Source of the DNA: Gammaproteobacteria bacterium
GTDB taxonomy: Bacteria; Pseudomonadota; Gammaproteobacteria; Steroidobacterales; JBCCMA01
Length of the DNA: 64,000 bases
NCBI GenBank assembly: GCA_045106455.1
Contig: JBGCEL010000037.1
Coordinates: forward strand, 649-64,648
Direction: 5' to 3'
The position numbers and the translations under genes are program-made. Positions 52,138 to 60,000 of this stretch are shown here, in pieces. Positions within the stretch are counted from its first letter, which is position 1, and every line of letters begins with the position of its first letter. Under the pieces are notes generated by a model. That model had not been told where the DNA came from. It ran no database searches and saw nothing but the letters and a program-made list of their open reading frames with translations.

Positions 52138-53319
52138 ATGAAACGCCACCTTAGTTTTACCCGCTTGCTCACCCTGTCAATGTCGATCGCTTTCTTAAGC
52201 GCTTGTTCTTCAGGTTCCAACAACACGCCGCCAATCGACACCAGTGTGTCGTTGCGCACCCAACTTAAAACCGTGGTAGATAATGCGGTAGATAGCGGCC
52301 TGCCAGGTGTCTCTTTGCACCTGCAGGACGGTGACGAACACATCAGCATCGTCGCGGGTGTCGTCAATCAGGGCACAGCCGAACCCATGACATCGTCGAG
52401 CCTGTCTCACGCTGGCAGCATCGGGAAGGCCTTTACGGCCACGCTGGTACTGCGATTAGTCGATATGGGTTTTCTACGACTCGACGACCCGATCGATCTT
52501 TGGCTTGATCCTGCAATGAGCGCTTTGATCGCCGAATCAGACAAGATCACGATAAAAATGTTACTGGCGCACACCAACGGCATTCAGAACTATTTTGAAA
52601 TTCCTGAATTCCAAATTGCCTTCCTTGAAGCGCCCGGAAGAATCTGGGCGCCGATGGAATTACTCGGCTATCTTGAAAACACGGAAAATCACTTTGCGCC
52701 CGGTACAGAGTATCTATATACCGATACGAGCTTTTTGTTGGCCGGAATTATCGCGGAACGCGTTACGGGGGTATCCATCGGTATGGCACTGCGGCAATGG
52801 GTGTTCGAGCCCGCCGGTCTCGACAATACCTTTGGGCCGTATGAAACCCTGGGTCAACCCGAGACGATGCGTGCGTATCTCCCCATCAGCTTTTTCGAAG
52901 ACCGGAATCTGGATGTAGATTTGGATCTACCGACGGACGGGTCGGATGTGGATGCCACGGCATGGCTCAATTCGGAAGGAGACGGTCATGCATCGGTCCA
53001 ATCGATTCCTGCAGACTTAAATACGTTCATCCGTATTTTGATCGATACCGATACGTTGGTATCCGAGGAGCTAAAAGCTCAAATGATGACCGAGTCCTTC
53101 CCTGGGTCATCGCAATATGGGCTTGGATTGCAGATCATTGATGACGGCGACAGATTTGGGCATGACGGAAAAGGTCTCGGGCTCCACTCATCGATGACTT
53201 ACTCCCCGTCCGAGGATTTGAGTCTTGCCACAGTCGTAAACGCTTCGTTTGGCAACTATGACGAACTTTACGGCGAGTTTGTGAATCAACTGTATCAGGT
53301 TTTAGAACGCCGTCAGTGA
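52138..53319 (+). CDS. beta-lactamase-fold serine hydrolase (D-Ala-D-Ala carboxypeptidase/esterase-like), predicted lipoprotein
   Basis: 393 aa with lipobox-like AFLSACSS. SxxK S-I-G-K in HAGSIGKAFTATLVL. YxN-like YTDTSF region. Confidence 0.85.
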   Translation: MKRHLSFTRLLTLSMSIAFLSACSSGSNNTPPIDTSVSLRTQLKTVVDNAVDSGLPGVSLHLQDGDEHISIVAGVVNQGTAEPMTSSSLSHAGSIGKAFTATLVLRLVDMGFLRLDDPIDLWLDPAMSALIAESDKITIKMLLAHTNGIQNYFEIPEFQIAFLEAPGRIWAPMELLGYLENTENHFAPGTEYLYTDTSFLLAGIIAERVTGVSIGMALRQWVFEPAGLDNTFGPYETLGQPETMRAYLPISFFEDRNLDVDLDLPTDGSDVDATAWLNSEGDGHASVQSIPADLNTFIRILIDTDTLVSEELKAQMMTESFPGSSQYGLGLQIIDDGDRFGHDGKGLGLHSSMTYSPSEDLSLATVVNASFGNYDELYGEFVNQLYQVLERRQ

Positions 53320-53339
53320 TAATGATTACACGTCAGGAG

Positions 53340-53367
53340 TCACTCCGGGATCTCCGGAGTGATTTTT
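53340..53367 (+). terminator. rho-independent terminator
   Basis: Stem tcactccgg (53340-53348), 5-nt loop, ccggagtga (53354-53362), then T5 (53363-53367). Lies 21 nt after the stop at 53317-53319. Confidence 0.8.
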
Positions 53368-53449
53368 AGTTCGTAGTGCATCGTCGTTCCATACTAAATG
53401 AGTGCACTCTCGGCATGCGTTAGGATAGCGTCATTTCAGGAGCAAACTC

Positions 53450-53899
53450 ATGCGCTGTACTATTGCATCGATACTTAGCGTGATCGTCATCGCAACGCTG
53501 CCAACGTCGGCGCGAGCAGAACCGTCTGTGGAGTTTGTCAGCGCGTTTTTCTCGGCCTATGAAAACGCGCGACAGCCGGATGCCAAGATGGACGATATCG
53601 AAACCTTTCTGGCATTTCTGGCGGATGACCTAACCGATCACCATATTGCCTACTCACGCACTTTCCAGGGAAAAGACCATCTGCGAACTGGAATTCAACG
53701 CAAGTCTCAATCCATGGTCTCGCTGTCCCAAGACATCGAATCTGTTGTCGTCGGTACGAGCACGGTCGTTGCGGTTGTGAATGAAGCCTCGCAGTATCAC
53801 AAAGACGACAAGCTCAAGCAGTTTCAGGGACGCACAATATACGTACTGGTGTTTGACGATACGGGCTTGATCAAGGAGATCCGAAGATACCTTGACTAG
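53450..53899 (+). CDS. secreted NTF2/SnoaL-like fold protein
   Basis: 149 aa. Signal MRCTIASILSVIVIATLPTSARA. Pattern FVSAFFSAYE..IETFLAFLADDL..G...YVLVFDDTGLIKEIRRYLD resembles SnoaL-like/NTF2 cone folds. Assignment is moderate. Confidence 0.55.
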   Translation: MRCTIASILSVIVIATLPTSARAEPSVEFVSAFFSAYENARQPDAKMDDIETFLAFLADDLTDHHIAYSRTFQGKDHLRTGIQRKSQSMVSLSQDIESVVVGTSTVVAVVNEASQYHKDDKLKQFQGRTIYVLVFDDTGLIKEIRRYLD

Positions 53900-54111
53900 T
53901 TTTTTGGTTGGCCATACCGCCCTACCCCAAAGCGCCCTAGACCACAGCAGGTTCACGCAACGCTCCCAATGCAGCGCAGCATGCAGCGCACATGCGCCAC
54001 CTATCAACAAAACAAAGAAGCGGTTTGCCTCCGGAAGAGTTAAGTTGTCAGCCATGAATATACCCAATGAGCGGCGTCACAGACTGGCAATGCGGATGAC
54101 GGCCAAGACTG

Positions 54112-55050
54112 ATGACCATTAACGTCGCGTGCATCGGAGCGGGCAATGTGGGTCGCGCCTGGGCCGTTGTTTTCGCCCGTGCCGGCCATCGGGTGGCACT
54201 CTACGACCGCAACACGCAAATGGTTGAGACCCACGCCATCCCGATGATCAAGGCAAGTCTGGCGTTGCTCGCCGATGGTGACACCGACGCCCCGATCGAT
54301 GAGGTTCTCGCACGCGTGCGCATCGCGACAACGCTTGAAGATGCCCTGCAAGACGTGGGCTATGTGCAGGAGAGCGTGCTTGAAGATATCGACATCAAGC
54401 GGTCAATCTTCGAGGACTTGGGGCGATTAACGGCGGCTGACTGTGTGCTGGCCTCCTCCACCTCAGCCATCAAAGGCTCGGAGTTTCTCGAAGACAATCC
54501 CGCGCGTGAAAGAGCACTTGTCGCACACCCCGTCAATCCGCCGTCGTTAATTCCGTTGGTGGAGGTTTGCCCAACGCCCTGGACACAGGCGCAAACGACA
54601 ACAAAGGCCACTGAGTTGTTGACGTCCGTGGGTATGCAACCGATCGCCTTGCGCAAGGAAATTGACGGTTTCGTCCTTAACCGGTTGCAGTACACGTTGG
54701 TCGCCGAGGCACTGCATCTTGTGGGTGAAGGCTATTGCACGGCCGCAGACATCGATCGGGTGATGACCAGCGGACTGGCGCTTCGCTGGTCTTTTATCGG
54801 GCCCTTTGAAGTGGCTCATCTCAACTCTACCGGTGGCTTTCAAGGCTTTGTTGATCAGTTGGGCCCGATGATGCGGCATATGGGAAAAACGGCGAGAACC
54901 GATTATCCATGGGATGACGAAATGGTGGCCGAGATTCACGAACAGCTGAGCGAAAAAACACCGGTGAAAGACATTCCGCAACGACAACTCTGGCGCGACC
55001 AACAAATACTGGCGACGCGCAAACTGCATGATGACGAGGAGACCCAGTAA
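54112..55050 (+). CDS. 3-hydroxyacyl-CoA dehydrogenase family oxidoreductase
   Basis: 312 aa. N-terminal Rossmann motif VACIGAGNVGRAWAVVFARAGHRVALYD. Family motifs SSTSAI and HPVNPPSLIPLVEV. C-terminal helical dimerisation domain. Confidence 0.8.
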   Translation: MTINVACIGAGNVGRAWAVVFARAGHRVALYDRNTQMVETHAIPMIKASLALLADGDTDAPIDEVLARVRIATTLEDALQDVGYVQESVLEDIDIKRSIFEDLGRLTAADCVLASSTSAIKGSEFLEDNPARERALVAHPVNPPSLIPLVEVCPTPWTQAQTTTKATELLTSVGMQPIALRKEIDGFVLNRLQYTLVAEALHLVGEGYCTAADIDRVMTSGLALRWSFIGPFEVAHLNSTGGFQGFVDQLGPMMRHMGKTARTDYPWDDEMVAEIHEQLSEKTPVKDIPQRQLWRDQQILATRKLHDDEETQ

Positions 55051-56367
55051 GTGCTCGAGCAACTGAAAAATTGGTGGCGTTTTGATGCCACAGACGCGGG
55101 GGCCGCGGCCGACGATCCTCACTCGCCTTTACAGGCCAGCCAGCGAAGAGGCGCTCTGCCTTTGCTGACGCTTGCTTTTGGCTGGGGATTTTTGATTACC
55201 GGCCTGATTATCGGCGGCGCGCTGGGCAACGGCTTGCCGATGGGCGACATTCTCAAAGCCTCGTTCCTTGGCAATTTTGTTAATTTCGTGATCGGTGGCT
55301 TTGTGGGCTACATCGGTTACAAAACCGCGTGCAACAGCGGCATTCTTTATCGCTATGTCTACGGTAGTTTCGGCGCGGCAGGGCCGGTCCTGTTTATTTC
55401 CGCCCTGACCATCTGCTGGCAAGGCATTATTGTTGGCGCGTTCGGTTTTGCCTGGACGCAGAGTTTTGACAGCAACGCATTTTACGCGGTCGCGGTCTTC
55501 GCCGGATTGCTGTTCACCGTAACCACCTACTTTGGTGTCAAAGGGCTTGAGATAATCAGTATCCCGGCCACCATAGTTTTGGTAGCGGTGGGTCTGTATG
55601 CCGGCTACAGCAACGTCAGCCAGGCCGGTGGCTGGGAGGCGTTTCTGGCGCTTTCCGAACAAAGCGCAACCAAACAACCGCTCACCATGGTGCAAGCGGT
55701 CAATCTGGTTATCGGGTCGTGGATTGTTGGTGCGATTGTGATGCCAGAATATACGCGCTTTGCCAAAAAGGCCTGGGTGGCGATTGCCATCCCCTTCATC
55801 GTCTTAATGGTAGCGCAGTGGTTCCTGCAGATTGTGGGGGCCATGGGCGGCATCGTGTCAGGCACGCACGATTTCACCACCTATATGCTGGCTCAGGGCG
55901 CGGTGGTTGGCGGTATTGGCGTGATGGCCATGAGTCTGGCGCTGTGGACAACGGGCGATACCAATCTGTATTTGCCCGCCGTGCAGACCGCCAGTGTCTT
56001 TCGGCGTCCGCAAAAAGTCACCACCGTAATCTGCGGGCTGCTTGGCACGGTTCTGGGCCTTGGAATCTATCAGCAGTTTCTGTCGTTTATTGATGTAATG
56101 GGAGCAATCGTGCCGCCGTTGATCGGACCACTGTTGATTGATTACTATGTCGTCAATCGACGCAAGTATGATTCATTCGACGTCAACCACTTTCAAAAAT
56201 GGAATCCAATCGCGTTTATTGCCTACGCGATAGGAGCCGCCGCCACGTTTTTCTCGCCCGATTGGGCGGCCAAGGCTTTGGTAGGACTGTTGATCTCCAT
56301 GGCGGCGTACTGGCTCCTGTTTTTGGTGTCAAGCCGTGCAGGTTCCGGCGCAGAGCGCGTGCAGTAG
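55051..56367 (+). CDS. NCS1-family (purine-cytosine type) permease
   Basis: 438 aa. GTG start directly after the upstream TAA (zero gap). About 12 TM helices. N-terminal region LTLAFGWGFLITGLIIGGALG..FVGYIGYKTACNSGILYRYVYG resembles CodB-type transporters. Confidence 0.75.
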   Translation: MLEQLKNWWRFDATDAGAAADDPHSPLQASQRRGALPLLTLAFGWGFLITGLIIGGALGNGLPMGDILKASFLGNFVNFVIGGFVGYIGYKTACNSGILYRYVYGSFGAAGPVLFISALTICWQGIIVGAFGFAWTQSFDSNAFYAVAVFAGLLFTVTTYFGVKGLEIISIPATIVLVAVGLYAGYSNVSQAGGWEAFLALSEQSATKQPLTMVQAVNLVIGSWIVGAIVMPEYTRFAKKAWVAIAIPFIVLMVAQWFLQIVGAMGGIVSGTHDFTTYMLAQGAVVGGIGVMAMSLALWTTGDTNLYLPAVQTASVFRRPQKVTTVICGLLGTVLGLGIYQQFLSFIDVMGAIVPPLIGPLLIDYYVVNRRKYDSFDVNHFQKWNPIAFIAYAIGAAATFFSPDWAAKALVGLLISMAAYWLLFLVSSRAGSGAERVQ

Positions 56368-56378
56368 GTGCAAAATTT

Positions 56379-57035
56379 ATGTCACTAATTATCGTTTCCC
56401 GCTCCCATTGGTTGCCGGCACTGACTGTGTTGGCCATGTGTTTTTCTATCACAGGCTGTGCCACGCCGGTGACTCAGCCGTCGCTACCCGATCGGCCGCC
56501 CGCCGCTCTGGCGCCACCATCGGCGTCCTACCCTATCGCCGCCCTCGCCACCTGCGCGTCTGGTTTCGTGCGCGTAGAGTTCACGCTTGGCGCCGACGGC
56601 GCGGTGCAGGATGCCGTGGTCGTGGAATCGCAACCGAGCGACGTGTTTGATCAGGCGGCACTGCGCTCGGTGCGTGGCATGTCATGGCGACCCGCAGTAC
56701 GCGACGGGCAGACAGTCGCCACCGCGGTAAGTCAGGTTGTGGATTTTGGCGTGCCGCCAAGCTGCGTACCGTTTGATGCTGGCGATCCCGTTGATGAGGC
56801 CTTTAACGAAGACCAGGCCCGCAACGTGTGCTTCGAATCCGGTGGCAATCGCTGGGACTTTGCGCAGCTCCAGTTTGCCGTGGCCGATAGCGGCTATGCC
56901 ACACAGGTCATTGTCACCAAAAAGTCTACGCAGCGTATGGCGGATCTGGCCGTCAAGTCTCTGGCCAAACAGCAGTTTGATCCTGAGTTTGTGGGCCAAA
57001 CGCTAACGCAGGAGATGGAGCACTGCAGTCGCTGA
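56379..57035 (+). CDS. lipoprotein with TonB C-terminal-like domain(s)
   Basis: ATG at 56379 (MSLIIVSRSHWLPALTVLAMCFSITGC). Short Pro-rich linker. TonB_C-like GFVRVEFTLGADGAVQDAVVVESQPSDVFDQAALRSVRGMSWRPA. A second, degenerate copy is possible (LQFAVADSGYATQVIVTKKS..ADLAVKSLAKQQFDP). Confidence 0.65.
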   Translation: MSLIIVSRSHWLPALTVLAMCFSITGCATPVTQPSLPDRPPAALAPPSASYPIAALATCASGFVRVEFTLGADGAVQDAVVVESQPSDVFDQAALRSVRGMSWRPAVRDGQTVATAVSQVVDFGVPPSCVPFDAGDPVDEAFNEDQARNVCFESGGNRWDFAQLQFAVADSGYATQVIVTKKSTQRMADLAVKSLAKQQFDPEFVGQTLTQEMEHCSR

Positions 57036-57065
57036 GTGAAGGACGGCCCTTCTCAACCTGTGGAC

Positions 57066-60000
57066 CTAGTTAGCACACAAGTCCGTACCCGCACTAGGCC
57101 CCGGAGACTGAAAGAACATGGCGCGCAGGCGCCCCAAATCCACCACGTTTACAACACCATCCCCATTGAGATCGTAGAGCGCCTCGCTGCCAAAAAAGTT
57201 TGCCCGTAGCTGCCCCAGATCCACCACGTTTATCACGCAGTCGTTGTTGAAGTCAGCGTCGCAGGCATTGCCGTAGCCGTCACTGTCCGTGTCATTTTGC
57301 ATCGGGTTGACGAAGAAAAGACAGTTGTCGACGCCGTCCAGTGTCCCGTCAGCATCGGTGTCCGCCGTTTGTGGATCACTACCAAGCTCGAGCTCCAGAA
57401 GATCCGGCAAACCGTCGTTGTCCGAGTCGAGCACCGGCTGCAAGACAAGACCTTCCGCAAAGCCGAGCGCAGGCTCAGACGCACCCCCACTGACGCTGAG
57501 CGGATCCGCCACGCCAACGCTTGCGTGCAAAATCTCATCGGTATTCCAACTGGCAACAAACACGCCGCCGTCACTGAGCGTCACGGCATCGCGAATGCCG
57601 TTCGCCGGCATGGCAATCGATTCCACCAGTGCGCCATCCGCCTCGTGCAGTGTGACCACGTCTTCCTGTGCCACCCAAATGCGACCGCTGCGCTCCACGG
57701 CAATACCTCGCGCATCCACGTTTGCGATCAACGTGGTTTCCATACCGGTCGTCACATCGACGTGGCGTACGGCGCTATTAAATGTATCGCTTACCAGCAA
57801 GTTTCCGTCCGCATCCAGCGCAATGTGCAGCGGCGGCCCGGTCAGTTCGGTCACCAAAGTGCGTGCGCCGGTTGCAAGATCGATCCGTACGATCTGATCG
57901 ACGCCACCCTGATCGGCCAGATACGCCGTGCGACTGTCCGCCAAAACCAAACCAACCGGCAGGCCAAGCGCGGGGCCTGGTTGCCCGTTACCCGAGACCA
58001 CCTCAGCCGTACCGCTTTGCGGAAACACACGTAACACTTCGTCCCCGCCGAGATTGGCGACCAAGATGGAGCCACTGCGCTCTACAGCAAGGCCAATCGG
58101 ACGATCCAGTGTCGCCACGCTACCGATCGTTGCGTTGTTGGCCACCAACGTACGTTCACCGCTCAAAAGATTCACGCGGACGATCGCGTTATTGTCGCGC
58201 TCGGTCACCAGCAAATCCGCGAAACCCTGAGCGACCAGCGGCGAGGTGGCGGTGAGCATGACTTCATCTCCATCGCTCATGTAATCGCCGTCGCTATCGC
58301 GCTCACGTGGGTTGGTGTTCAGATTCTGCTCCTGGACATTCGTCAGTGCATCCTGGTCCGAATCGAGCTCGCCCTCCCCCGCCACCAGCGGATTAAAATC
58401 AAACTCAACTTCGAAGGCATCCAGCAAGCCGTCGTCGTCGGTGTCCGCCGCAAACGGGTTGGTGCCGGCGTCCTGCTCCTCAGAGTTCGTTAAGCCGTCG
58501 CTATCTGAATCAAGATCGCCGTCGCCACCCACCAGTGGATCAAACCCGTTGGCGATTTCAAAGCCGTCGAGCAGCCCGTCATTGTCACTGTCGCTGTCCA
58601 CCGGGTCGGTACCAAGCGCGGCTTCCTCGGAATCCGACAAGCCGTCGCCGTCGGTATCGGCTGCTGCCGGATTCGTGGTCGTGGTGGGTGTGATGTCGGC
58701 AATAAAAATGCCTAAATCGGTCCCCAGCAGCGGGCCGGCACCATCCGGGTCACCGATGCCCGCGGTCAATCCGCGCTCGACACCGTCGCCGATGCCGTCG
58801 CCGTCGCTGTCAAACAAACATGGATTGGTTTCACCGGCATCCACCTGACCGTTGCGATTGGAATCTTCAAGACCGTCGCTCAAACCATCGTCGTCGCTGT
58901 CGACATCCAGAGCACTGGTACAGCCGGCGTCTTCCAGATCATTGGCAATACCGTCGCGATCAAGATCCTGCGTCAAATCAACAATGCGCAAGGACGTGCC
59001 GCCGAAGTCTGTAACGTCGCCGGCGAGCGTAGCACTGCCACCAAATGGCGTCGCAAAGACCGGCTCGGGCGCCTCGAAGGTAAAGCGCAACGCCGCCGCT
59101 TCGTTTGGAATATTCGCCAACCCGAGCGTGGTGCCAACGTAGCCGCCAATGCCGACTTTCAAAAAGGCGAGTTGACCACCAATCTTGCCAACATTCAGCG
59201 TCTGATTTTCGAAACGATTGTCGCGGAAGCTGTAGGTCACGTTGACCTCAACGCCTCCCGAGGGCTGCACCACATCCAGGTAGTTGCCCAGGCCCGCGTC
59301 GATGGACTCAACATCAAGCGTCAGTGCCGTGACACCTGAGCCGATGCTGCCATCAGGAAAGGTCACATCGACCGGCCGGCTGAACGTTACATCTGCTTTG
59401 AGTTTTGGATCAAAGAACAGGGATTGATCCCAACCGTTCCAGAACACGGCGTCCAGATCGGCGATGTCCAGGCTCAGCGAGGCCACTTCACCCAGCGCGG
59501 TGTCGATGCCCGTCGTCAGCAGGGGATTGGCGAGTCCCAGCAAGCCATCCACATCGGCCTCTACGCGCAGCTTGTCCGAGCTAAGCGATGACGAATCGGT
59601 AATTAAAGCCGAGCCAAAACTCTGATCGGTAAAGTTTAGGACGGGACGGAAACCGTTCGGCGCCGTGTTGGTCAAAATACCGGCTTCGATGGCGTGGCGT
59701 TTAGGCACCAGCAACTCGCTGCCGAATTGATCCTCGGTGCCACCACGATAGTCCGCCGGCACCGGTGTATTGACCACAGGAATACTCAACTTCATCGCCG
59801 CAATCTCGCGCGAAATCGGTTGGCTGTTGGGAATATCGACGCCGGGACAATCCACCCCATCTTCAAACGGACACTGACCGGGCGTTGAAATACTCATACC
59901 CAATGAAAAACCCGGATCAAAGACGTTCACAAACGGCACGTCGTCCGCGGTCAGCGCAAACACAACGTCCTGAAATTCGGATGGCGCCTGATCGACACCG

